DNA from: the human T2T-CHM13v2.0 reference genome, Homo sapiens
DNA: 64,000 nucleotides
Reading direction: 5' to 3' (one strand)
NCBI RefSeq assembly: GCF_009914755.1
Contig: NC_060937.1
In this document: positions 29,897 through 43,080 of the stretch, piece by piece
Layout: each line of letters starts with the position of its first letter
Numbering within the stretch: position 1 is the stretch's first letter
Program-made: the position numbers and the translations under genes
Notes under the pieces: generated by a model
Databases searched by the model: none
Seen by the model: only the letters and a program-made list of their open reading frames with translations
Told to the model about the DNA's origin: nothing

Positions 29897-31267
29897 GTAG
29901 CTCTGATTTCTTTCCAAATTGCTTTGGAAGTTGTGGTAGCTTTTTACCTGCTTTAAGTAAACCAATCTGTATTCAGCCAGACACATACCTGATTCAAACG
30001 GAAAACTGAATGAAGTTGGAGCCATTTCAACGTCTCTCACCCCCAACTTGTTTTAGATTCCAAATGATCATACTTTCCAGAATTCTAAATGAAGATGCAG
30101 TGAAAAAAGTATTATTTCTTCATATTTGCATCAATTTGATTTATATATTAATTCCATTTAGATTATTTTGCTCTTTGAAGTTCCAGGACACATTCTCCTT
30201 GGTTTCATCACAGTTAGTTTTCAAATAAAAAGGTATTTGTTGAGCATCTCTCTATAGGTACTTCTGTTCTTCTTCTCTCGAAATTAATCAGGCTCAATGG
30301 TGACTTACTAAGTTATGAAGCCATTAGATACCATGGGTATGCTTAGGAAACAAACAAACAAAAAATACAATCTTAATTATTGCTATGGAAAATCTATGAA
30401 CAATAAATAAATTATGATTGGGTAATAGCTTTTTATTCAATAAAGAATGAGATTGATGGGGGAAGAGGGTTTTTCTTTCATTGCTAGATTAAAAGTTTCT
30501 ATATTTTCAAATTTAGAGTTATTATCTCAGAAGATACAATAGTTATTGCAAGTTCTTATTTTTCTCATCTAGAGACTTTTATTAACCAGGAAAAAAAATC
30601 TCTCTAGGCAATGCTTTTGATTCTGCACAAAGATAGTCATATGAATATTCTTTGACATTTTTATGCTGGGATAAAGAAGTAAAAGAAGATAGAATGTAAC
30701 TGTTTCAGAAGTGATCATACGAAAGAGGGCATCACTGAAAAGTAAACCTTTTACATCATTTTGGAGGTTAAAGTTGAGAGGAGGGTCTGGCTTTGCCTGG
30801 AATATTCAGTAAAAACTGTAGAGTTCTTGTTTAAGTGGAGTCTTGAAGAATTCAGTAGCCATCTGCATGATGAGGGAATTGTGAAAGTGTTTTAGGTGGG
30901 GGGATAGCTTCCACCAGTTGAGGTTGGGTTTGGCTGTGATGTGACAGCCTTACAATGTTGAAAACAGATGCTATGGCAATGGTCAGTCTTTGCTCTTTGC
31001 AGAAAAGTGCATGTGAAGAGAGTAAAAAGAATTGGCAATTTCTCCTTCCTTCACCTTCATTCCTATCCTGGAACAGGTTATCCAGCAAAATAGGCTGGGC
31101 AAAGTTCCAAGCTGCTACTAGAATGTTTCTAAGGATGTTAAGTGACTGCCACTCTTAAAGAACATCTTTGCTCTGCAACTTCCTTTTCCTGAATTATCTA
31201 TAAAAATAGAAAAAACTGCAATTTACGCACCAGACTTTCTAAAAAATGTCTTAGAGGAGACACTTGA

Positions 31268-31731
<464 letters not shown>

Positions 31732-31905
31732 TCTGCTTTATATTTTTCTGTAACAGTTTCCTATAATATAGTGCTAAAGTCTGGATAGAGCATCCTAAAT
31801 ACCTGCTAGATTCTTTTTTTGATTTGGCCTCATGGGGATGAGAGAAACTGCTGAAAAACATGTATATAGCTAGTAAAACTGGAGTTATAATGGTGGAAGT
31901 GGGTA

Positions 31906-32381
31906 TGTGTTGAATATTTCTCGTTGGTTTCCAGACCCACTCTCCACTCTTCTCTATCCCGCTTTGACTAACCTTTGTGAACTATATCAAATGGTTCCCT
32001 TGCCTTTTGGCTTCCATTTGGGTTCAGCCAATAGGAGGCATGGGAAAGGAACAGGAGGGGCAGGAGAGTGAGGTTAGGGCATTTACTTACCCAACTCTCT
32101 CTCTACAGAGCCTTGTGGCTGCTTTGCTCTATGTGCGTCCACAAGTTCTTCTCAGCGTCTTTTTTCTACACCTAGGCTGCAAACCGCTTCAGGTTCTAGT
32201 AATCGTTTGCTACCCTTGCCCCTTAACATATGTAGAAGGGAATGGCTTGCAATTATTTTAGCTTTGGGATGCTTCATTATCACTTGCTGATTCCTGAACA
32301 CAGCTCATACTTCTCTAAACAGTCCCTCCATTAACTCCTCTTCTTACTCATCTATATTTAGCTGGGATTCTGACCGATGCA
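31906..32381 (+). mobile_element. ERVL solo LTR, LTR33-like
   Basis: cccttgccttttggcttccatttgggttcagccaataggaggca...gggattctgaccgatgca. Confidence 0.6.
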
Positions 32382-33077
32382 GGTGATGGCCGTAACTTTC
32401 TGTGTAACTCTGGGAATAGCACTTTGCATTTTTATTTTTGTTATTGTAAAGCAAAAATGTACTCTAATTTAATGTGAATGTTTACCTATCAGACAAAAAC
32501 AGACATGCAACCTTCTGAGGCGGGTGCCTTAAAAGACTACATATAATTTTAAGTTATGACCTTCAGTGATTTCTGAACCAAACCAAAGTTCTTACTCAGC
32601 ACTGTACTTTTATACACTTGTTTATGTAACAAAGGTGTTACCTGCCCAATAATTTAATGACCTGTTATTAACCAGCCTTGTTTATTCTAACACATTGTGT
32701 TAGGAGCTTAATTGACTTAGCCCTCCCATACAAGATAAAACTTGCTCAGGAACAGGTTTGGCTATTACAGTCTTTATGTAAATGAGAGTGTGAATTAAAT
32801 GTTTGTGTAAGCAACAAATGATAGTCACACTGACTCCATATTTTTTTCCAATAGTGGATGAGTAATAAGAAAGATTATAATACTATTAGAAATGATAGAA
32901 ATATATGATCTCCAGGTAACTTTTGCTTTATGAAAGAATAAAGTAATCTTAAGATATTACTGCTTTATGATTTTTAAGAAGGAATTTTCTCTTTCAGCTA
33001 ACAGCATTTATTAATCAGATGTTTTCTGTTAAGATGTACTTTTACATTCATGCTTCTGCAAGTGAGAGTAGTATCTA

Positions 33078-33159
33078 TTAAGTTGGTGCAAAAGTAATTG
33101 CAGTTTTTGCTATTACTTTCAATGACAAAAATTAGACAATTACTTTTGCACCAATCTGG
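33078..33159. mobile_element. MADE1 MITE (Hsmar1-derived, palindromic)
   Basis: ta-ttaagttggtgcaaaagtaattg...caattacttttgcaccaatctgg-ta; terminal inverted repeats and TA flanks. Confidence 0.92.
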
Positions 33160-33780
33160 TAATTGACAGCCATGTTAATTTGACAATAATCTTGAGTTTC
33201 TCTTTTAAGATTGTTCTCTGATTATCACTAGGGAGTGTATACTTTTTGAGGCATATTGAGAAAAACATTTCTCTAAAATTTTCTTTCTTCATTTTTCTCT
33301 TAGAGTCGATTTATGCCTGGGTTAAAGAGGAAATCTGTCATCGCAGCTGGAAACTATTACAATAGGAGCTTTAAAAACTAAGGTAAATGAATGAATAAGA
33401 GAATTTTTTTATATAGCTTTAGAAATAGCATAACAAACTGTCTGAACAATAATATGAAATTCATGCACCAATCTGTTCTATCAGAGTATATTTGAATGTT
33501 TTCTCTCTTTCAGGCATTGACCTAAGCACTAGGAATACCGCTGGGTAAAAGCCAATGTTATGACAGTATCATTTGTAGTCAATGGTAATGTTCAAATATT
33601 TAACAACTCATGCAACATAGTCCCCTACAATGCAAAGAGAAGCCAGCAGTGAACAACAGATTCAGCCGGACCAGTGCATCCCAGCTGAGGGTCCCCAATT
33701 CCTAACCCTTCTTGGTTTCATCACTTGGGCCATTCACTGGGGATTTTTATTTGCCCCTCAGTTGAGACCAGGATAACTGA

Positions 33781-34382
<602 letters not shown>

Positions 34383-34429
34383 GAAACAATTCTTATAGAA
34401 CTGGATATATACCAATAGCCTCTAACACT

Positions 34430-34690
34430 AACGAATTATTGTTACTTTATTTGGTATGATAATGATATTATAATTAGGGTTTAAATATATGCTGAAGTAT
34501 TTATAAGGTGAAATGATACAATTTCTGGCCTTTATTTTAAGATACTCTGAGAAACAAATTTTGGGGTCTAGAGGGGATAAAATAAAGATAATAAAATATT
34601 GATAATTACCAAAGCTGAATGATGGGTACATTGAGGTCATTATACTTTTTTCTCTACTTTTCTGTGTTTTAAAACTTCCATAATAAAGTT
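34430..34690 (+). mobile_element. L1MC-type 3' end
   Basis: ggtgaaatgatacaatttctgg...gatgggtacattgaggtcattatact...ttccataataaa. Confidence 0.65.
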
Positions 34691-34729
34691 AATTTATATA
34701 TAAATATAAATAATATAAACATAAATTTT

Positions 34730-35020
34730 TCTAGCATTAGGACCTTTGCACTTCCTAGTCCCCTCTCCTTGGAACACTTTTCCATCAGGTATGCATAGGA
34801 CAGTCTCACTGTCATCATTTAGGGCTCAGTGAGGCCTCCCTAGTCCCCTGTCCAAAGTTGCCTATACCCTACCTAGCCACTAGTTTATTACTGTATTTTG
34901 CTTATTTGTAGTATTTATCACTAGCCAACACTTTTAACTTCTTTCTACATTGTCTGTATCCCCAATAATTCATATAAAGCCTCATACATATTAGGTACTC
35001 AGTGATTTTTTTAAATGAAT
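34730..35020 (+). mobile_element. L2 3' fragment
   Basis: agggacctttgcactt-like start...ttagggctcagtgaggcctcccta...taggtactcagtg...aatgaatg. Confidence 0.55.
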
Positions 35021-35024
35021 GCAT

Positions 35025-35560
35025 GTACATGGTTCTGTTCTTGCCCTTGTGGGATTCAACCTTTTTATCAGCAACTTAGAAAAAAATAGAAAGACTTGCT
35101 TATCAAGCCAGGTGCAGTGGTATGCCTGTATTCCCAGCTACTCCAGGGGCTGAGATGGGAGGATCCTGTGAGCCCAGGAGTTCAAATTCAGCTTGGGCAT
35201 TACAAGGAGAGCTTGTCTCTTAAAAAAAAAAAAAAAGAAACGAAAAACAGACATGCCTATCAAATTTGTAGATGACATGAAGTTAGACAAGTGCTGCTAA
35301 TTTAAAATGAATATACAGTGTGTTGATGTGAAGTTGTGAAGTGCTTGAATAAAACTATTTTAACAGAGATAAAGGTAAAATGAAAAATGTAAGTAAAAAA
35401 AAATCCACTATAAAAACTCATAGCTTAGCGGCAATTCATGAGCAAAAAGACCTAGGAATTTCAATTATAGACTGTTTGGTGGCTAAAATAGGTAACCTGA
35501 TTTATAGAGATACAATTTCCAGACAATGGTGCCACCATATTCTGCTGAGTTTAACACACA
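35025..35560 (+). mobile_element. L3/CR1 reverse-transcriptase fossil, split by a FLAM
   Basis: atcaaatttgtagatgacatgaagtta encodes IKFVDDMKL (CR1 KFADDTKL motif); tttaacagagataaaggtaaa and gcaaaaagacctagga downstream. Confidence 0.65.
35108..35240 (+). mobile_element. FLAM (free left Alu monomer)
   Basis: about 115-bp monomer plus A tail; TSD agac(t/a)tgc(t/c)tatca. Confidence 0.85.
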
Positions 35561-36129
35561 TCTTGAGCAGGAATGCTTGTATTGGTTATTTGATCATCTT
35601 AATATTTTATTTACACTCACTTCCAATTTATTGTTTTTCAATGAACCATGTAAACTGTTGTGTTCACTGGACAGCAACTTCTGTTTTTGCAGGCAATCTA
35701 AATGAAAAAAATGAAATAGCAGTCAGCCAGCTGATTATTGAGTGAGAATGATACAGTAGTTATCTTTGATGACATCAGACTGTGATAGCCTGAGCTGTCC
35801 TCTCCACCCCAGAAATGTTTCTATAGAGGGGAAGATCTTCCAAGGCTCTACCTCTCACTGGGCTTGGGCTTAGGGGTGGCAATGTCTTTCTTCTATTATT
35901 GGCCTTTGGGGGACTCAACATCCCTTGTTGAGTCTCCCAAAGCTGTCCTCATTTCTGTAAAAAGCCTCATCATCAAGTTCTTTTCAAAATCCCAATTTCT
36001 TTTAGGACATGAATTGATACCATAACTTTTGGGATTCATCAGGCCATATAATTGTAGAAGGGAAAAAGCTGGTATTTCTTGATCATTATGCACACACCTC
36101 TATTGAAGTATTTGTAATGATAATCTTTT

Positions 36130-36330
36130 AAGTATTTATGTGTGCCAGACATTTTGCATTCCTTATTCCTAATTATTACAACTATAGGACAAGCTATGTT
36201 ATTTTTTGCGTTTTACAGATGAGGAACTTGAAGCTCAGAGAGATTAGGTAATATGGTCCAGGAGGTAGTTTGTAAATGACAGAGACTTAATTGCGTCTGA
36301 TTCCAAGGTCCACATTGCTGTTTCAACTAC
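36130..36330 (-). mobile_element. MIR
   Basis: ttttacagatgaggaacttgaagctcagagagattaggtaa. Confidence 0.75.
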
Positions 36331-38549
36331 ACTTACCATCTTCTTATCCCTAGCATGCATATTGGATTCTCTTTTGCTTGTCTGAGTACTTAGCTGGAAT
36401 CTGGTAAGTTTTTTAAATGTAAGAACTATATTGTATTATTTTACCTCCTCTGCCTAGCATAGTGTCTGATTAATGCATTTTGACATGCAATGCATTTTTG
36501 AGTAAATGAATAGAGGCAAAATGCCACTTAGTCTTTAACCTGTATTTCTACTCTTTGGGAATATCTGTAGCAGGACTTTGATTTTATATTTCTTCTCCAT
36601 TAAATTCCTTCATGCTCCTTTTCCCTCTTAATCACTGACTCTCATTTTTATGCACTTGTTTTTTTTCCTATATGCATTCCTTGCTGAAAATACAGGTATG
36701 TCATGCATCAGAGTCAAAGTTGCATCTGGCAACTAGGAAATGGTGATAAAATAAAAAATGTGAATAATGATACTCTGTTTGGTGGGACTGGGGTTAAGGG
36801 TAAGGGAAAGACAGTGTTAAAAGCCACTTATATTCACTCACACTCTTTCTTAACATCTTTTGTTTTATTTGGATACACTACAGTTCTGTCTTTGCCACTA
36901 GTAAAATGAAGAGATTCTTCCTCATATATTTTAGCATATATACAGCAAATGCATTGAGTTTAGTGGTTATAGGTTATTATACTCGTTAAAGCATATATAC
37001 TTGCCTTAGAAAATGGCTTAACAAATGTCCAATGAATGGCAACAAATATCCTGTTTGAACATTGTAATTCTCTTTATTTACTTAGCCACAGACTGAATAT
37101 GCTGACATATTTTATAGAACGTTTTACAAAAACCCTGGGCAAATTCAAAAGGCACAGTGTTCACTTGCAGCAGGGCATTCCGTGGTAGGGAAAAATGCAA
37201 TCCCAGTTTACTTTCATTCATATGGTAATGTTTTGCCTTCTGTCTTTGAGATTCTGGTATGAAAACAACAGAATCAGAAGTCATGGAACCTCAAAATGTT
37301 ACAACTAAATAAAGAGGTATTAGATTACGGAAACAAATTTGAGTCTTTTTTTTTTAACTTTGTGACTTGATTTATCCTTAAATCTTTCCCCCAACTTCTT
37401 ATTTTGAAAATTTTCAAATCAACGAAAAGATTGAAAGAATAGTAAAGTGAATATTCATATACCATCCTCCTAGATTTAGTTATTAACATTTTGCCATATA
37501 TGTTTTATCTCCATTTAAAATAATAACTTTTTTTTTTAGAATTTAGGGCACATAGCTAACAAAAATTTCCCTTTTGTTTTATTGTCTGTAGCTATAGCTA
37601 AATTTATAAGTTCTACGAGAGGAGAAACTAGGGCTGACTTGTTCATTACTGCTTCTCCAGCATTTAACATAATGGTTGTATAGTGTATACATAACTATAG
37701 TGTATAGTAAGAGCTCAGTAAATTTTCACTGACTGATGGACTGAGTTGTTCTTTATACACTTGGACCTTGCAAGATGCAGAAATCACTCAAAGCTTGAAA
37801 GAAACTAGATTTGATCTAAAGTAGAATTTTTAAAAGTGCACTCAAATATTGAAGGGAATGTCTAAATCCCTTTATTTCTCTCAGCACTTATTACAATGCC
37901 TTGCCTCAGATAGCTGCTCATTAAATATTCCTTGAATGTCAGAACAAATCAACTTGGTAGGAATATCCAAGACAGTCCCAGAGCTGACCAAACTTTGGAA
38001 AATAAGCCAAAATAATAAAAATTTGGAGATTTGAAGAGTGAGCTTATTCAGACTGGGATAGTCTATAAATGGACTTGATATCTCAGCTCATCTCTGAAGA
38101 AAAAAAACAATGAATGCAGAACAGAAAAAAAGGAAAATTCACTTAAAAACAACTTTATGGGAATTCTTAGACATAAAGGAGATTTTTTTAAGAGTGACGG
38201 CTGTTAAGTTTTGAAATTGGGTTGTTTACAGAGGTAATTCTCTTGTGTAGATCTACTTCTCTGGAGTAATCTATTGCAAACTAGAAAGTTTTTAGGATCT
38301 TTTAATAGATTTCTGTCTAAAATGACTACATCTAATTGTGCCAAATAGTAAAAAAGAACGTCAAAAGGATGTTTCACCATTGTCTACACAATAAAGTATC
38401 TTAGCATGTAATTCAAGGTCCTTTGCAAAACTAACTCCCAGCTAACTCCATAACTTTACCATTCTTGTCCCACATGTAGCCTGAGTTGTGGTCCAGGGTT
38501 TTTTTGACTGGGTTCTGTGGAACTCTGGTGTCCCTAACCCTTTACTGGA

Positions 38550-38848
<299 letters not shown>

Positions 38849-39711
38849 CCCTTACTGGATGGATATTCATGAGATACATTAACCCAATTAGAGTTTCTGA
38901 AAAATTCTACAGCAAGAAGCCATTATAATAGTTTACCAAACTTACTTGACCAAGAAATTTTTGAAGTGGCAGACTATGGGTTAACATTATGAGGGACCTT
39001 TGTACTTCCCAGAATATAGTTTGCAAAGTGCTGCCTAACCATTATAATGCTTAGAATTCCTTGAATGTTGCTCATGACATTTCTGCCAGGAATAATTTAA
39101 TTTACTCAGAAAAAGCTGCTATGCCCAAAAAGAAAGCCACACAAGATGGGGAGAACTTGTGGAACTAATTCTGTAATTTAAACACATGTCTACCTGCCCT
39201 ATGAGGTGTGTAATCATCTCTACTTTGTAGTTGGAAGCATAATCTTAATATATAAGTGTTCTGTATTTTTTCTTTATATTTGACTAAATTAAATCTCAGG
39301 ATTTTGTGTCATTTACATTTTAGTCTTTAAGATAGAAATATTCAGAATCAAGAGATATGTGCAAACAATTTATGAGTGGAGTGACGGAATGATATTTGAA
39401 AAAAGTAGTTTCCATGAAGTGGATAGTACTTGGTATGTTCAAAAGTCTCACTTGCTAAGTTTTGCAGCTTTGCAACATTTATTCAAATGAGTGCCAATGA
39501 TTGAAAGAGCAACATACATTTAAATTAATAAAACAAAATGAAAATCTTCCTTGGTGAACAGAAATGACCTTTGTTGACATATGCTTGTGTGCTTATTTAG
39601 GAAAGTGGCAAATGGATGAAAACTTTATATTGATTACTCATTACTTTGTTTTTTTCTCTAAGGTGTCCATAAATTGTGTCATTCATTCATTCACTAGCTT
39701 TTTCAACTTAG

Positions 39712-40288
39712 TGTTGGGAGCCATTTCCCATAGGTTTCTAATGTTTCTGCACATCTTGTGAGCAGAGGCACTGACAGCCTTTTTTCCTGAATAATCTTTT
39801 TAAAAGATATTTGATAGTGAAAACAAGATAGAGATAGTATCTACTTCTGGACACAAACTTCTGGAGCAGATTCAGTCCAGCATACCATAAATAATGTCTT
39901 CCTTCAGAGCAAAAGTCGGACAGGTTTTCTTGCAGCCCAATTGTTTATTGGACAGGTTTTCTTGCAGCCCAATTGTTTATTGGACAGGTTTTCTTGCAGC
40001 CCAATTGTTTATAATAAAAGATTGGGGTTTCCTAGCTCAGGGTTTCTCAGCTCAAACTCATGATGTGAGTAGCATCTACCTAGGGTGCTCCATATAACTC
40101 CCATGGGACTTGAGGGATAGGGGGAGCAACATGAAAATTGAGCTCAGGGTGCTGACTACATCATGAGTAATAAAGTTCTTTGTCTCTGACCCAGGAGACT
40201 TGTGTCTTCTGCCAGTATCCAAGAAACATGGCAGGCTAACTTGTTGGCTTGCGAAGCTTAGTAAAAGAGCCTTAACAGTTCTTTGCCC
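39712..40288 (+). mobile_element. ERVL solo LTR, MER54/MER73-like
   Basis: tgttgggagccatttccc...tttctgcacatcttgtgagcagaggcactgac...aataaagttctttgtctctgacccaggag...ggcaggctaacttgtt. Confidence 0.75.
39918..40012. repeat. 32-bp perfect tandem triplication
   Basis: ggacaggttttcttgcagcccaattgtttatt at 39918, 39950 and 39982. Confidence 0.97.
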
Positions 40289-40421
40289 AGGTTTTTTTCT
40301 TTTTTCTTTTTTTTTGGATGCCATTAGGCTTGTCTTGGATTGGGGCCCCTGGTGCAAATCATTGCTGGATGGCAAGCATGAGGCAGAGGTCAAATCTGGA
40401 GGGAAAAGCAGTACTGGCCTA

Positions 40422-40854
<433 letters not shown>

Positions 40855-42019
40855 TTAGAAATGAGTAGGCGTCTGAAGTTAGGATGGCTTCTATTCCAGA
40901 CAGATGTGGTCAGAAATAGGTTCACAGAAAGTAACTCTTGGTTCCTTTCTGCTCTACGGCACGGCTATTAACACAGATTGGACTTTTTTCCTTCCTCCAA
41001 AAGTGACCCATGGGTAAGACTCTTAGTTCTTAAGTTGCCAAGTCCTTGGGCTGTTCTAGCCCGATGCCAGGACCTAGTCATTATCACTACCAGTGTTTAA
41101 GGGAGGGTGATGTTCTTGGTCTATTGGGGAACACTGGCTCAATCCATCTTAGAGTGTGTTGGTTCTTGGTGTCTGATTGTCTAGGCTGTTTCACAGAATA
41201 GTTTTCTGCTCCTGGGACCAGTCATCCTTGGGGTAGGGTTGGAGGTATTGGACTCTGGACCTTAAGAAATCACTCTGGACAAATTTTTAAAAAGTCAAGT
41301 TGATAGTGGCGTAAATAGTAACAAATTTCTAAATGATGTGTCATTCAGTTTTCTCAGCACAAACAGTTACAGTTCCCCTAGGAATTTGGAACTGTTGGCC
41401 ATGCTCTTTCTAAAGGGGGAAGTGGTTAAAATAGCAGCAGTTTGTCCAAGCTGGCAAGCTAATGCAGTGGTGGCTACCTCTTTGTACTCATAAATAGACT
41501 TATAAAAATGAATATGCCACAAAACGCAATGGCTATGGTGTAATCACATGAAAGTTTATAGAGAAAACTCTCCAACTATTTCAGCCTCTTAATTTTGACT
41601 TGATTTATAGTGTTCTTCTAAATGATTGGTCAACTATTCCATCAACGTTATTGGTGGGATTTGTCAGAAATATTTTTTAATGACTCTTAGGGGAATATGT
41701 AGGAGTGGTTTAATTATCTTCAAAATGTACAATGTCATATGCTGCCTTTCAGTTTGATTATTCTTAAGTTCAGTGGGAAATACGCTTCTGAAAGTTGAAT
41801 TTGGAATAAACAGGACAAAAATGAGCGAATGTGGGCTGGAAAACTCTCAAAGCAAAGTACAGGTCCTGGCCCCAGGGCAGAACAGGCTGTCCTAAACCAA
41901 GTTCAGAAGGAGGTGTGGAAATTGAAGGGCAGAGTTGGAAAGCAATCTGGGGGAAGCAGGTAGCACGATGTGGAATCTGAAATGCTGGGCCACATGGATT
42001 TCAAGGACAGCTGGTTAAC

Positions 42020-42139
42020 AGGGAAAAGCAGTACTGGCCTAAGACAAATCAGAGACATTATCAAGGGGTCAGGCATGGTGGCTCACACCTGTAATTTCAG
42101 CACTTTAGGAGGCCGAGGCAGGCAGATCACCTGAGGTCA
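42020..42139 (+). repeat. duplicate of 40400-40519 (flank plus first ~72 nt of the Alu)
   Basis: ungapped, 12 mismatches in 120 bp, offset 1620. Confidence 0.93.
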
Positions 42140-42669
42140 TTGCATTAGTGCTAGAATGCAAAAGAAGAGTTTGGCTTGTTGGTAGAGAGACTGAGAAAAG
42201 CTAATGTGAGTAAAAGGGATTCAGGCATATTGGCAGCTCAGGGAAGGTAGGATAACTGTGACAAAAACAAAACAGCAGACAGGGAGTGTCTCACCAGACT
42301 ATTTTAACAAAGCAAACCAGGTGGAGACAGAGCTACTAATAACCTGCTAAATTATAACCCAGTGTGTTCTGGAATTGGGTGGGACTGTGCCTGGTAATGG
42401 CAGTGATGTTAGAAGTAACTGGAGCAAGAATGGGTCTGTTTGTATCCCCCTGCTTTGGCTGGAGGACAAAATTCCCTTTACTTGTAGGGTCTCACTAGGC
42501 TTGTGTTGGTCAAGAGCCTCTCAACCATTCCCAAGGAGCGTATGAGCAAGAGTAGAGCTAAGAGGTAAATCCAGTGATTCAGAGATAAGGTTTGGGTATC
42601 CTACCAAATGGAAGGGCCAGAAGTATCAGAAGTTCTGGGGTGGAATCAGGGTAAGACTTTCTTCCTTCC

Positions 42670-43080
42670 CTCATTCATTCAGTGTATATTATGTGGAGGT
42701 TCTATGCTAAGTTTTTGTGACTACCAAGATGCGAAGACATAGCCCCTGTCCTCCAATAATTTAGTCTTTTAGGTAAGCTAGATAAGAGGATGACAATCCA
42801 GTGTGGTGAGAACCATGATAAAGATAAATACAGGGCTCTGCAAGAGCATGCAAGCTGCTGGTGGGGAGCATAGATCATGAAAGATGATTTCCTGGAGGAG
42901 GTGATGATTGAGCTGTGTCAAAAAGGATGAGTAGGAGATAGGTAGGTAATGATGGAGCTTATTCTAAACCAGGGTTTGTGCAAATCCTGAGAGCTGGAAG
43001 AGCGTGATGCAGTCAGGAACCCTCAGTATTTCAGGGCTGCTGAGGCTGGAGAGTCATAAGGAGCATTTTGTATGTCATAA
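42670..43080 (-). mobile_element. L2 fragment
   Basis: tcattcattcagtgtatatt...agacatagcccctgtcctc...ttcctggaggaggtgatgattgagctg. Confidence 0.65.
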
